The notes under the pieces: generated by a model
Seen by the model: the letters and a program-made list of their open reading frames with translations, nothing else
The model's database searches: none
Told to the model about the DNA's origin: nothing
Translations under genes and position numbers: made by a program
Shown: positions 30,645 through 41,978 of the stretch, one piece after another
Layout of the letters: each line of letters opens with the position of its first letter
Numbering within the stretch: the first letter of the stretch is position 1
Origin: an uncultured Acidobacteriota bacterium
GTDB lineage: Bacteria > Acidobacteriota > UBA6911
Direction: 5' to 3'
DNA: 64,000 nucleotides
NCBI GenBank assembly: GCA_963843575.1
Contig: CAWJKZ010000021.1
Span: 96,001 to 160,000, forward strand

Positions 30645-33260
30645 ATGCTGAGACGAATAGCCATTCCCACAATGCTGGTTTTTGGACTCGTCTGCCTGGC
30701 CCCCGCCGTCACGGCCCAGGTCAGCCAGGTCATACCGCTCCATCCGGCCCCCTCGGCCGAAACGGGCGTCGCGACGGACGAGACGCCCTCGCTTTGGTTT
30801 GTCGAGCTCTCCGGCCCACCCACCGCGGACGGCGCCAGCCTGACAAGTGTCAGGAATGAGAAGAACGCTTTCCGGAACGCGGCGCGGCAGGAGCGCCTGC
30901 AGTACAAGGAGCGCTATGCCTTCGACACGCTCTTCAATGGGTTCTCCATCTCGGTGAATCCGTCGGAGCTGGGCAAGCTGCGGCGCATCGCCGGCGTCAA
31001 GGCGATCTACCCGGTCGACGTCATCCGTGTCCCGGAAACCACGCCTTCCGACCCGGATTTGTTTACCGCCCTGGCGATGACGGGCGCAGACATCGCGCAG
31101 TCGGAGCTCGGCTTCACGGGCAAGGGTATCAAGGTGGCGGTGGTGGACACCGGCATCGACGTGGATCACCCCGCATTCGGCGGTAGTGGCGTGGCCCGCA
31201 GCAATAGCCCGCTCGGCGGCCGCGTCGTTAAGGGCTACGACTTCGTCGGCGACGCCTTCAACGCGGACTCTACCTCCGCGACCTACAATCCGGTTCCCAC
31301 TCCTGATCCGAATCCCGACGACTGCGCCGGTCACGGCACCCACGTCGCGGGCATCATCGGCGCCAACGACCCCACGAATGAACTGAAGGGTGTAGCCCCG
31401 GGAGTGACCTTCGGCGCTTACCGGGTCTTTGGATGCGGCGGCTCGACCTTCAGCGACATCATGATCGCCGCCATGGAGCGTGCCCTGACCGACAAGATGC
31501 AGGTGCTCAACATGAGCATCGGCTCCGCCTTCCAGTGGCCGCAATACCCGACCGCCATGGCTGCTACCCGACTGGTCAACAAGGGCGTGGTCGTGGTGGC
31601 CTCGATCGGCAACGAAGGTGCAAACGGCCTCTATTCGGCAGGCGCCCCCGGTCTGGGCGAGAAGGTGATCGGTGTGGCCTCGTACGACAACAGCGACGTG
31701 TATCTGCCATACATCACTGTTAACGGGCGCAATGTAGGCTATATCACGATGACCTTCTCCCCCAACCCGCCGACCTCCGGAACGGGTGAGGTTGTCAATG
31801 TCGGGCTGGCCTGCTCGGCACTTCCGGCCGGGTCGCTTACCGGCAAGGTCGCGCTGGCCGCCCGGGGCACTTGCTCGTTCGCAATAAAGGCCACCAACGC
31901 CATCGCCGCCGGCGCAGACGCGGTCCTAATCTCGAATAACGTGGCCGGTGTTTTCAGCGGCACGCTGGGTGCGCCACTGTCAAACCCGAAACCGGTTGTC
32001 GGCATTTCGCTGGCGGACGGCAACTTCATCCGTGTCCAGGCCGCGCCCATCATGCTGACCTGGACCGATCAACAGGGTTCGTTTCCGAGCCCGACGGGCG
32101 GCCTGATCTCGTCGTTCAGCTCCTACGGCCTCTCCCCCGATCTCGCGCTGAAGCCCGACATCGGCGCCCCCGGGGGGAACATCTATTCCAGCTACCCGCT
32201 CGAACTGGGCGGATACGCCACTTTGAGCGGGACGTCTATGTCGTCACCGCATGTCGCCGGCGCGGCGGCTCTGCTGCTGCAAGCGAAGCCCAAGACTTCG
32301 GCGCAGGCGGTGCGCGGAATCCTTCAGAACAGCGCAGTCCCGAAAGCGTGGTGGGCCATTCCAGATTTGGGCTTCCTCGATAACGTCCACCGCCAGGGGG
32401 CGGGCATGCTTCAGATCGACAAGGCGATCCTAGCCACCACGAAGATCGAGCCCGCCAAGCTCTCGCTCGGCGAGAGTGAAACTGGCCCGCAGACGCGGAC
32501 CCTGACCCTCGAGAACAAGAGCGACTCCGCTGTCACGTACGACCTATCCTCCATAAACGCCCTGTCGACCGGAGACGTGATCACACCGTCGTTCTGGAGT
32601 TCTGATGCTTCCGTGGCGTTCAGTTCGCCCAGCGTGACGGTGCCTGCCCACGCCGCAGCCAGCGTGGATGCGATCATCACTGCGCCGACCGGGCCTGACA
32701 AGGGTCAGTACGGCGGCTACATCATCTTCACTCCCCAGGGCGGCGGGCAGGTTTACCGCGTGCCGTTCGCCGGCTTCGTCGGTGACTACCAGTCCATCCA
32801 GGTTCTCGCTCCTACGGCCAACGGCTTCCCGTGGCTAAGCGTCCTCTACGAGGGCTCCTACTACAAGGTGACGGGTCCATTGGACTGGACCTACACGATG
32901 GTCGATGGCGACGTGCCTTACATCCTGGCCCACTTCGATCATCAGGCGCGGAGGCTCGAGATCTCCGTCGTCGACGCCGCGACGTCCAACTCGCTGCATC
33001 CCGTCTTCAGCGACGTAATCACCGAGGATTACCTCCCCAGGAACTCCGCCAGCACGAGTTTCTTTGCCTTCACGTGGGACGGCACCCGGATCCATAGCAA
33101 CGGCTACAACGGTGTCGGCTACACCAAGTACCTGACGAAGCCCGTACCGGACGGGCAATACAAGCTGGTACTAAAAGTGCTAAAGGCACTGGGTGACCCC
33201 CAGAATCCAGCCCACTGGGAGACCTGGACTTCCCCGGTCATCGCCATCGACCGGCCATAG
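30645..33260 (+). CDS. S8 subtilisin-family serine protease (Vpr-like, PA and Fn3-like domains)
   Basis: Triad motifs VVDTGID, GHGTHVAG and GTSMSSPHVAG; PA domain (RGTCSF); HRQGAG; signal peptide. Confidence 0.95.
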   Translation: MLRRIAIPTMLVFGLVCLAPAVTAQVSQVIPLHPAPSAETGVATDETPSLWFVELSGPPTADGASLTSVRNEKNAFRNAARQERLQYKERYAFDTLFNGFSISVNPSELGKLRRIAGVKAIYPVDVIRVPETTPSDPDLFTALAMTGADIAQSELGFTGKGIKVAVVDTGIDVDHPAFGGSGVARSNSPLGGRVVKGYDFVGDAFNADSTSATYNPVPTPDPNPDDCAGHGTHVAGIIGANDPTNELKGVAPGVTFGAYRVFGCGGSTFSDIMIAAMERALTDKMQVLNMSIGSAFQWPQYPTAMAATRLVNKGVVVVASIGNEGANGLYSAGAPGLGEKVIGVASYDNSDVYLPYITVNGRNVGYITMTFSPNPPTSGTGEVVNVGLACSALPAGSLTGKVALAARGTCSFAIKATNAIAAGADAVLISNNVAGVFSGTLGAPLSNPKPVVGISLADGNFIRVQAAPIMLTWTDQQGSFPSPTGGLISSFSSYGLSPDLALKPDIGAPGGNIYSSYPLELGGYATLSGTSMSSPHVAGAAALLLQAKPKTSAQAVRGILQNSAVPKAWWAIPDLGFLDNVHRQGAGMLQIDKAILATTKIEPAKLSLGESETGPQTRTLTLENKSDSAVTYDLSSINALSTGDVITPSFWSSDASVAFSSPSVTVPAHAAASVDAIITAPTGPDKGQYGGYIIFTPQGGGQVYRVPFAGFVGDYQSIQVLAPTANGFPWLSVLYEGSYYKVTGPLDWTYTMVDGDVPYILAHFDHQARRLEISVVDAATSNSLHPVFSDVITEDYLPRNSASTSFFAFTWDGTRIHSNGYNGVGYTKYLTKPVPDGQYKLVLKVLKALGDPQNPAHWETWTSPVIAIDRP

Positions 33261-33285
33261 CGGTCGGGGATCGGCAATGGCACAC

Positions 33286-33327
33286 ACCGGCTGGCGGGCG
33301 ACGACGACCTGCCAGCCGGTTTTTTTT
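33286..33327 (+). terminator. Intrinsic terminator of the protease gene
   Basis: ACCGGCTGGCGGG ... CCTGCCAGCCGGT stem followed by a run of T. Confidence 0.85.
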
Positions 33328-33340
33328 AGAATCGGGTGTT

Positions 33341-33387
33341 TTCCGTGTCCTCCGGCTTCTTTCCGTGCCCTCCGTGACAAGTTGTTT
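33341..33387 (-). repeat. Dispersed ACACGGAA-type repeat (second copy)
   Basis: Reverse complement resembles 26638-26686. Confidence 0.65.
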
Positions 33388-33495
33388 CTTGTCCCCCGGC
33401 GCTCGAGCTCAGATTCCAGCTCGAGCCGCCGCACTTCGATATTGGCTTGCGACGGGGCGAAGGAAGGTGGAAACTGGCGCCCGGACAGGTTAGCC

Positions 33496-34369
33496 ATGAA
33501 TGCGCACTTTCGTATGGGCCGGCGCGAGTTCCTCGCCGGAACGGTCGCGGCGGGGACGGCGGCGCGCGAGGGCGGCGGCGCCCGCTGCTGAGCGCCGGGA
33601 CCTGGTCATCGACTGCCACTCCCACCTGAGCTTCCGCACGTCCCCGGCCGACGAGGGGGACGAAGCGCAGGTGCTCGAGGCAGCGGACAGGCTGGGGATC
33701 GACCGACTCTGCTGCTCGGTCCTCCCGGCCCGTCCGGCCACGGTGGAAGGCTTTCAGATGGCCAACCGTGTGATGGCCGCGGCCCACAAGCGGCATCCCG
33801 ACCGGTTCCTGGGCTACTGCTTCGTCAACCCCGGCTGCGGCGCGGCGGCGGTGGAGGAGATCCGCCGCTGCCTGGACCAGCCGGGGTTCATCGGGGTGAA
33901 GCTCTACAACGAACACCTGTGCACCGACCCGGTGGTGTTCCCGGTCGTCGAGCTTGCGATCGAGTTGCGCGTCCCGATCCTGCACCACGCGGGCCACTCG
34001 CACTACGCCGTTACCGACCAGCCGAACATGTCCGACGGCGGCCACCTGGCCGCGCTGGCCGCGCGCTACCCGGAAGCCCGGCTGATCTGCGCCCACGTCG
34101 GCGGCGGGGGCGACTGGGAGTGGACCATCAAGGCGCTGCGGCACGCCGGGAGCGTCTATCTCGACACCAGCGGCAGCGTGGTCGACGAGGCGATGGTCGA
34201 CATGGCCGCCGCGGTCCTGACCCCGGACCGGCTGCTGTTTGGCTGCGACATGTCCTGGACCGCCGGGGTCGGCAAGATCCGCGCGGCCCGGCTGACCGCC
34301 GCGGACCGGCGCAAGGTCCTCGGCGGCAACATGCGGCGGCTCCTGGCCGAGAGGGGAGCGCGCGCATGA
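33496..34369 (+). CDS. Amidohydrolase family protein; Tat signal out of frame (apparent frameshift at about 33565)
   Basis: MGRREFLAGTVAAG lies in one frame; IDCHSH, GVKLY, ILHH, AHVGGGG, DTSG and LFGCD lie in the next frame. Confidence 0.82.
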
Positions 34370-35148
34370 TCGTCGACACGAACGCCTATCTCGGCCCGTA
34401 CGCCTTCCGTCAGCTCCGGCACAATACCCCCGCAGGGCTGCTGAGCCTGATGGATGCCAAAGGCATCGGCAGGGCCTGGGTCTCCAGCGCCGCGGCGATC
34501 GCTTACCGCAACGTCCAGCCCGCCAACGAGGAGCTGGGCCGGGCCGTGCGGCAGTTCCGCGACCGTCTCGTCCCGCTGGCGGTGATCAATCCGTTCTACA
34601 GCGGGTGGCGCGACGATCTGGCCGCGTGCGTCGAGCAGTTCGGGATGAAGGGGCTCCGGCTCTATCCCCGTTGGCACAATTACCGCCTCACCGACGGCTG
34701 CTGCCTGGACGCGATCGACGCCGCAACGGCGCTCGGGCTGTTCGTCACCCTACCGTTGCGCGTCGAAGACTACCGGCAGCGCAGCTGGCTGGTGGACGTG
34801 AAAGACTTGACCCCGGCGGACGTTGAGCCGTTGATCCGGGCCAGGCCGCATGCCCGGTTCGTGCTGTTGAATGGATCGGGCTACACCGCGTCGGCATTGG
34901 GCCGCAGGGACGGCGACCTGCCGGCCAATTACTGGATAGAGATCTCGCGGCTCAGCGCCCTGATGGCCAACGAGATCGGCGCCCTGATCGGCGCGCTGGG
35001 CGCGGGCCGCGTCGTCTTCGGCACGGGCATGCCCTTCAACGCGCCCGACCCTGCGCTGGTCAAGATCGAAGCCCTCCGGTTGAGCCGGGGCGATGCGGAC
35101 CTCATCCTCGGGCGGAACGCGTCGCGGATCGAAGAGCTGAAGCCTTGA
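34366..35148 (+). CDS. Amidohydrolase-fold protein with degenerate metal ligands
   Basis: ATGA overlap with the previous gene; IVDTNAYLG, GLRLYPRWH, RVVFGTGMP. Confidence 0.82.
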   Translation: MIVDTNAYLGPYAFRQLRHNTPAGLLSLMDAKGIGRAWVSSAAAIAYRNVQPANEELGRAVRQFRDRLVPLAVINPFYSGWRDDLAACVEQFGMKGLRLYPRWHNYRLTDGCCLDAIDAATALGLFVTLPLRVEDYRQRSWLVDVKDLTPADVEPLIRARPHARFVLLNGSGYTASALGRRDGDLPANYWIEISRLSALMANEIGALIGALGAGRVVFGTGMPFNAPDPALVKIEALRLSRGDADLILGRNASRIEELKP

Positions 35149-35190
35149 CTCACTTCGAAGGCGCAAAGGGCTCGAAGAATCTCGAAGGTC
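35149..35190 (+). repeat. CTCGAAG repeat half-element
   Basis: CTCACTTCGAAGGCGCAAAGGGCTCGAAGAATCTCGAAGG. Confidence 0.65.
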
Positions 35191-35235
35191 GGGTGTATCA
35201 TCGCCCGGTCATCCAGTCACAACGAGGAGCCGCGT

Positions 35236-36510
35236 ATGAACAGTCGTAGGACATTTCTCATTGCTGCCGGCGGAACGATCCTGTCGAGCGCCGTCAAGGG
35301 TAAGGCTTCCGCGAGCGACAAGGTTCGGGTCGCCGTCCTGGGGGTGAACGGACGGGGGACGGACCACATCGAGGGGATTCAGGAGCAGCCGGATGCGGAG
35401 GTCGTGCTGCTGTGCGATCCCGACAGCGAGGTTTCCGCGCGCCGTGCGGCGGAGTTCGAGAAGAAATACGGACGAAAGGTCGAGACGGCGGTCGATCTGC
35501 GGAAGGTTTTCGAAAGGAAAGACATCGACGCCGTGACGGTGGCTACCCCCAATCACTGGCACTCGCTGGCGACGATCTGGGCGTGCCAGGCGGGGAAGGA
35601 CGTCTACGTCGAGAAGCCCGGCTCGCACAATATTTTCGAAGGGCGCAAGATGGTGGAGGCGGCCGCCCGGTATAAGCGGATCGTCCAGCACGGTGTTCAG
35701 CTGCGCAGTTCCGAGGCCGTGCGCGAGGCGATCGGGTTGTTGCGCAAGGGGGTGATCGGGCGGGTATACATGGCCCGCGGGCTGGTGTTCCGCTGGCGGC
35801 CGGACATAGGGAAGAAACCGGTCGAGCCGGTCCCGGCGAACCTCGACTACAACCTCTGGACCGGACCGGCCCAGATGCAGCCGTTCTCGCGCAGGTTGGT
35901 GCACTACAACTGGCACTGGACGTGGGAGTACGGCAACGGCGACGTCGGCAACCAGGGGATTCACGAAACCGATCTGTGCATGTGGGGTCTCGATGTCGGG
36001 TTGCCGGACAAGATCACGGCGATGGGGGGCAAGTTCACCTTTGACGACGACAAGGAAACGCCCGAGGTGTTGAGCTCCGTCTATCACTACCCCCGGGAGA
36101 AGAAAATCATCCAGTTCGAAGTCCGCCACTGGTGCACGAACAACGAGGACGAGGTCGGTGTAGGCAACATCTTCTACGGCACCGAAGGCTACATGCTGAT
36201 CAAGGGGTACGACACCTACGAGGTCTACCTCGGCCAGAAAAAGGAGAAGGGGCCGGCGCGCAAGGCGGGCGGAAGCCACTACGCCAACTTCATCAAGGCG
36301 ATCAAGAGCCGCAACACCGCGGACCAGAACGGCCCGGTGGAAACGGCGCACCTCTCTTCGGCCCTGGCGCACCTGGGCAACATCGCCTTCCGGCTCGGCC
36401 GGGTCCTGACGTTCAACCCGAAGACGGAGAAATTCGTCGGTGACGCCGAAGCCGACGGGATGCTGGCGCGCCGCTACCGGGCGCCGTTCGTCGTCCCCGA
36501 CAAGGTGTAG
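35236..36510 (+). CDS. Tat-exported Gfo/Idh/MocA oxidoreductase
   Basis: SRRTFL signal, ATPNHWH, GKDVYVEKP, NQGIHETD. Confidence 0.93.
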   Translation: MNSRRTFLIAAGGTILSSAVKGKASASDKVRVAVLGVNGRGTDHIEGIQEQPDAEVVLLCDPDSEVSARRAAEFEKKYGRKVETAVDLRKVFERKDIDAVTVATPNHWHSLATIWACQAGKDVYVEKPGSHNIFEGRKMVEAAARYKRIVQHGVQLRSSEAVREAIGLLRKGVIGRVYMARGLVFRWRPDIGKKPVEPVPANLDYNLWTGPAQMQPFSRRLVHYNWHWTWEYGNGDVGNQGIHETDLCMWGLDVGLPDKITAMGGKFTFDDDKETPEVLSSVYHYPREKKIIQFEVRHWCTNNEDEVGVGNIFYGTEGYMLIKGYDTYEVYLGQKKEKGPARKAGGSHYANFIKAIKSRNTADQNGPVETAHLSSALAHLGNIAFRLGRVLTFNPKTEKFVGDAEADGMLARRYRAPFVVPDKV

Positions 36511-36583
36511 TAGGCCGCGGCGGCCCGACGCGGCCCCGGGATGCTGCCAATCCAAGTGGGGCGGGGTCGGGCCGCCCCCGCCC
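36510..36583 (+). repeat. Two family-B REP-like hairpins between convergent genes
   Basis: GTAGGCCGCGGCGGCCCGACGCGGCCCC (36510) and GTGGGGCGGGGTCGGGCCGCCCCCGCCC (36556). Confidence 0.75.
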
Positions 36584-36591
36584 GCGCGATC

Positions 36592-37893
36592 CTACAGGGC
36601 AAAATCCTTCTCGATGACCGTAATGTGATCGTGTCCGCCGCGGATGGGGACGGTCTTGAGCCCGCGTTTCTCGTCCTCGGCGCGGTCGTAGCCGACTGAG
36701 GTGTGTTCCGAGAGCCTCACGTTCTTGTCGATGATCGTGTTGCGCACGCGGCAGCCGCGGCCGATGTCGGTTTCGGTGACGATCCCGGCCCGCAGCGAGC
36801 CGCCGAGGAGGACCGAGTTCTCGATCAGCGCGTGGCTGTGGACGTACACGCCGCAGCCGAGCACGGAGTTGCGCACCGTGGCGCCGCTGACGATCACGCC
36901 GTCGGCGACCATGGAGTTGATCGCCGCGCCCGTCCGTCCGGGGATCTCGTGCACGAACTTGGCCGGCGGGAAGTAGTGGGGGGCGCAGAAGAGCGCAAAG
37001 CGCTCGCTGTAGACGTTGAATCTCGGCGCGGGCTGCACGAGGTCCAGGTTCGCCAGCCAGTACTGCTCCAGCGTCCCCACGTCGCGCCAGTAGTCGCAGT
37101 CGCTGGCCACCGGCACCAACTCTTTCTGCCACACGCCGTCGCGCGTCACGTACTCCCACTCCGGGAACTTGTTGCGGGCCGTGAAGTCGTAGGCATACAC
37201 GGGCATCCCTTCCTTCAGCAGGAGGGGGATGACGTGCTTGCCGAAATCGGCCAGGTCGTTGGCCAGCGACTTCTGGAGGAAGTCGGCGTCGAAGAGATAG
37301 ATGCCCATCGACGCCAGGCACTCGTCCGTGCCGGGGATGGTCTTGGGCTCCTTCGGTTTCTCCTCGAAACCGACGATGCGCCCGTCGGCGTCGACCTCCA
37401 TCACCCCGAAATTCTCGCTCGCCTCGTCGGCCCGCACCCGCACGCACGCGACCGTCAGGCTGGCGCGCCGGTCGTGGTGGTAGTTCTGGAGCAGCCTGTA
37501 GTCCATTTTGTAGATGTGGTCGCCGGAAAGGATGAGCACGAACCGGGGCTGCTTCTGCTCGATGAAGTTCATGTTCTGGCGGATGGCGTCCGCCGTCCCC
37601 TGGTACCAGTTGTTGCCGAGCTGCTGCTGGGCCGGCACCTCGTCGATGAAGTGGTCGAACCGCCTGCTGAGCATGTTCCAGCCCGTCTTCAGGTGGTTCG
37701 ACAGGGAGTATGACTTGTACTGGGTGAGGACGTACATCCGCCTGACCCCCGAATTCACGCAGTTGGAGAGCGTGAAGTCGATGATCCGGAAAATACCCCC
37801 GAAGGGGACCGCGGGCTTGGCGCGCACGTCGGTGAGCGGCCTCAGGCGCTCACCCTGCCCACCTGCCATCACGAACGCCAGAGTCTCTTCCAT
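36592..37893 (-). CDS. glgC: Glucose-1-phosphate adenylyltransferase
   Basis: [59 protein letters not shown]. Confidence 0.93.
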   Translation of the reverse strand: MEETLAFVMAGGQGERLRPLTDVRAKPAVPFGGIFRIIDFTLSNCVNSGVRRMYVLTQYKSYSLSNHLKTGWNMLSRRFDHFIDEVPAQQQLGNNWYQGTADAIRQNMNFIEQKQPRFVLILSGDHIYKMDYRLLQNYHHDRRASLTVACVRVRADEASENFGVMEVDADGRIVGFEEKPKEPKTIPGTDECLASMGIYLFDADFLQKSLANDLADFGKHVIPLLLKEGMPVYAYDFTARNKFPEWEYVTRDGVWQKELVPVASDCDYWRDVGTLEQYWLANLDLVQPAPRFNVYSERFALFCAPHYFPPAKFVHEIPGRTGAAINSMVADGVIVSGATVRNSVLGCGVYVHSHALIENSVLLGGSLRAGIVTETDIGRGCRVRNTIIDKNVRLSEHTSVGYDRAEDEKRGLKTVPIRGGHDHITVIEKDFAL

Positions 37894-37900
37894 GAGCCGA

Positions 37901-37968
37901 TCCTTCGAGATTCCTCGAGGCCTTGGAGCCTTCGAGGTGAGCTTTAAGACCCGCCTCGAAGGCTCCAA
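37901..37968. repeat. CTCGAAG palindromic repeat
   Basis: Fills almost all of the gap between glgC and the enolase-superfamily gene. Confidence 0.75.
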
Positions 37969-37974
37969 CCAGAG

Positions 37975-39276
<1,302 letters not shown>

Positions 39277-39334
39277 GTGCTGGAACTCCTTGGATTCGTA
39301 CTAATGTCCACAAATACGCTAACGTATTACTCTG

Positions 39335-39412
39335 GACGCGGATGCGCGCGGATCCCCGCGGATCGACCGAGCGGATCCGCGTAAATCCGTTGGATCCGCG
39401 GAATCTGCGTTC
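39335..39412. repeat. GCGGAT/ATCCGC short-period palindromic repeat
   Basis: Four GCGGAT units followed by four ATCCGC-like units in an intergenic region. Confidence 0.7.
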
Positions 39413-39475
39413 TGTTTTGGCTTTTGTCTTTCATTGCCCGTGTTGTTCTGCGTCCTGAAAAATACGTCGGCGTAC

Positions 39476-40798
39476 TTATGAGACTGTGTACTTCGCCAGC
39501 TTCTTTACGAGCACTTTTGACCTGCGGCCGCTTTGTTCGTAGGCCTCCCGTCGCGCGGGCGGCAGGTCGTCCGGCGAGCCCTCGATGAAGCCGAGTTTGC
39601 TCTGGAAATAGGTGAACGCCTGTGTCGAAAGGGCGATGAGTTCCCCGGTGCCGGTTTCGCGAGCCTTGTCTTCGAGGAAATTCACGAGCGTCCGGCCGAT
39701 CCCCTGGTTTTCGTGCGACGGGCGGACGAACAGGTGGGCGATTTCCGCTTTGCCCTCCTCGGGGTAGGAGTGAAGCGCCACGCAGGCGACGGGGTTCCGG
39801 TCGATCTCGAACAGGTAGTAGTCCCCCAGCTGTTTTTCGATGACGGCGCGGCTGCGCTTGACCAGCTCCTCGGCATCCATCGACTTCTGGGTGAGCATGA
39901 GGATGCTGCGGATGTCCCGTTTCACGGCGCGCCGGATCTGCTGGTACTCGTTGGCGTAGATGAGCGTGCCGATGCCTTCGTTCGAGAACACTTCGGCCAG
40001 CAGCCCTTCGTCGACCAGGCCGTTGATGATGTGGACGCGCTGCACCCCGGCGCGGCAGGCGAGCGCGGCGTGCTGCGCCTTGGAGAGTTGCGGCGCGGGG
40101 ATGTCGTCCTTGTCCCTCTGCAGCAGGGCCTCGAGGTCCCCCACGATCATCTGGCGGACGAGCCTGCCGCGACAGACGATGCCGTCATGTGTGGTGACGA
40201 AAACGAGTTTGATGGCCTTGAGCGCCTCGGCCACGGCGAGCGCGATGCCGTCGGAGTTCACCCGGTAGGTCTTGCCGTCGCCGTCGAAGCCGAGCGGAGC
40301 CAGTACCGGCGTGATGCCCTGCGCCAGCAGGGTCTGCAGCATCTCCGTGTCGACGCGCTCCACCTTGCCGGTGTAGAGGTGGTCGACGCCCCCGATGATC
40401 CCCACGGGATAGGCGGTGATCACGTTGGCGTAGGCCGCGCGCAGGTCGTTGGCGAACAGGCCTTCGAGGATTTCGTGGGTGAGCCGGTTGGCGGCGGTCA
40501 GGGCGAGTCTGAGGGTGGCCTCGTCGGTCACGCCGGCGCCCTCGAGGTCGGAGGGGAAAAATCCCTGTTCGGCGGCCAGGGCCCGGATCTGCGCCGATGC
40601 CCCGTGCACGATCACGACCCGGATGTTCAGCGACCTCAGGACGGCGACGTCGAGCAGCAGGTTGGAAAAGTTCTCGTGGGTGACGACACCCCCGTCGATG
40701 CTGAGAATGAAGGCCTTTTCCCGAAAGTGAGGGATATAGCGGAGAATGCCCCGCAGGTCCGCGGGCCTCCATGTGGATCGTTCGTCGTTCTCTGGCAT
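39476..40798 (-). CDS. argA: Amino-acid N-acetyltransferase (N-acetylglutamate synthase, AAK plus GNAT domains)
   Basis: DLRGILRYIP, VIVHGA, GVQRVHIING, LLAEVFSNEGIGT, C-terminal GNAT with QGIG and SGRRSK. Confidence 0.9.
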   Translation of the reverse strand: MPENDERSTWRPADLRGILRYIPHFREKAFILSIDGGVVTHENFSNLLLDVAVLRSLNIRVVIVHGASAQIRALAAEQGFFPSDLEGAGVTDEATLRLALTAANRLTHEILEGLFANDLRAAYANVITAYPVGIIGGVDHLYTGKVERVDTEMLQTLLAQGITPVLAPLGFDGDGKTYRVNSDGIALAVAEALKAIKLVFVTTHDGIVCRGRLVRQMIVGDLEALLQRDKDDIPAPQLSKAQHAALACRAGVQRVHIINGLVDEGLLAEVFSNEGIGTLIYANEYQQIRRAVKRDIRSILMLTQKSMDAEELVKRSRAVIEKQLGDYYLFEIDRNPVACVALHSYPEEGKAEIAHLFVRPSHENQGIGRTLVNFLEDKARETGTGELIALSTQAFTYFQSKLGFIEGSPDDLPPARREAYEQSGRRSKVLVKKLAKYTVS

Positions 40799-40828
40799 GA
40801 TGTGCGATCTTACGCCAGAACGGTCCAC

Positions 40829-40907
40829 ACTTCGAGTCCTTCGAGCCATCGAGGTCCGCTTTGAAACTCACCGCGAAGGCTCGAAGGGCTCGAAGGATCT
40901 CGAAGTC
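40829..40907. repeat. CTCGAAG palindromic repeat (cleanest copy)
   Basis: ACTTCGAGTCCTTCGAGCCATCGAGGT...ACCGCGAAGGCTCGAAGGGCTCGAAGGATCTCGAAGT. Confidence 0.78.
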
Positions 40908-40976
40908 GGGTTTGTGCTTGTCATGCCGGGCGTGCGAGACTACGCTTTAGAGCGCCTTTTAACGGAAAGGACCGTC

Positions 40977-41786
40977 ATGCGCTTCATCGCCCTGTTCGGA
41001 TTTCTCGCCGCGGCAGTCGCTGCCGCGGCCCAGGTCCCTACTGCCGCCCCTGGCCCGATACCGCCGCCACCCGACGTCGCCGCCGCCCCGGACGACGCCG
41101 TGAAAACGGCGTCGGGCCTCGCCTCGAAGGTGCTTGCCTCCGGCAGCGGGAAGGAGCATCCGGCGTCCGACGACGTCGTGACCGTGAACTATACGGGGTG
41201 GACCACCGACGGCAAGATGTTTGACAGCTCGATCGCGCGCGGGCGCCCCTCGATCTTCGGACTGGACCGCGTCATCCCCGGCTGGGGCGAAGCGGTCCAG
41301 CTGATGGTGGAGGGCGAGAAGCGCCGGGTCTGGATACCCGAGCAGCTGGCTTACAAGGGCAAAGAGGGGCGTCCGAAGGGGCTGCTGGTCTTCGAGATAG
41401 AGTTGATCAGCTTCAGCCCGTCGCCGACCAGGGCTCCCGCCGACGTCAAGCAGCCGCCAAAGGACGCCAGCCGCACCGTGAGCGGGCTCGCCTACAAATC
41501 CCTGCAGGCCGGTACCGGGACCCAGCATCCCCGGCGCAGCAGCACGGTCACCGTCCATTACACCGGCTGGACGACCAACGGCAAGATGTTCGACAGCTCG
41601 GTGGTGCGCGGTCAGCCGGCCACCTTCTCATTGGACAAGGTCATTGCCGGATGGACCGAAGGTGTGCAGCTGATGGTCGAGGGTCAGAAGATGCGCTTCT
41701 GGATCCCGGAAGAGATCGCCTACAGGGGGCAGCAGCCCCCGTACGGCATGCTCGTGTTCGACATCGAACTAATCAAGATCCAGTAG
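40977..41786 (+). CDS. Exported FKBP-type peptidyl-prolyl isomerase with two tandem FKBP domains
   Basis: Signal peptide; two copies of VxYTGWTTxGKMFDSS...VIxGW...WIPE..AY. Confidence 0.95.
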   Translation: MRFIALFGFLAAAVAAAAQVPTAAPGPIPPPPDVAAAPDDAVKTASGLASKVLASGSGKEHPASDDVVTVNYTGWTTDGKMFDSSIARGRPSIFGLDRVIPGWGEAVQLMVEGEKRRVWIPEQLAYKGKEGRPKGLLVFEIELISFSPSPTRAPADVKQPPKDASRTVSGLAYKSLQAGTGTQHPRRSSTVTVHYTGWTTNGKMFDSSVVRGQPATFSLDKVIAGWTEGVQLMVEGQKMRFWIPEEIAYRGQQPPYGMLVFDIELIKIQ

Positions 41787-41838
41787 CCGCCGCCACTCAA
41801 GCGGGTCCGGGCTTCAGAGGCTGTCCAGCGGTTGATCG

Positions 41839-41971
41839 TGAAGTGCGGCGGCTCGACGCCACCAAAGGCCGAGGTCGCAGGGTCGCATCCCGCAATTCGG
41901 TGTGGCGCCGAGGCGCCGAGCATTCCTGCCGTAGGACGTAAGCGAAAGCGGCGCCGAGGCGCCGCACTCCA
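41839..41971. repeat. REP-like inverted doublet, family C (TGGAGTGCGGCG... type)
   Basis: TGAAGTGCGGCGGCTCGACGCC ... AAAGCGGCGCCGAGGCGCCGCACTCCA between convergent genes; degenerate single copy at 20524-20549. Confidence 0.7.
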
Positions 41972-41978
41972 GATTACT

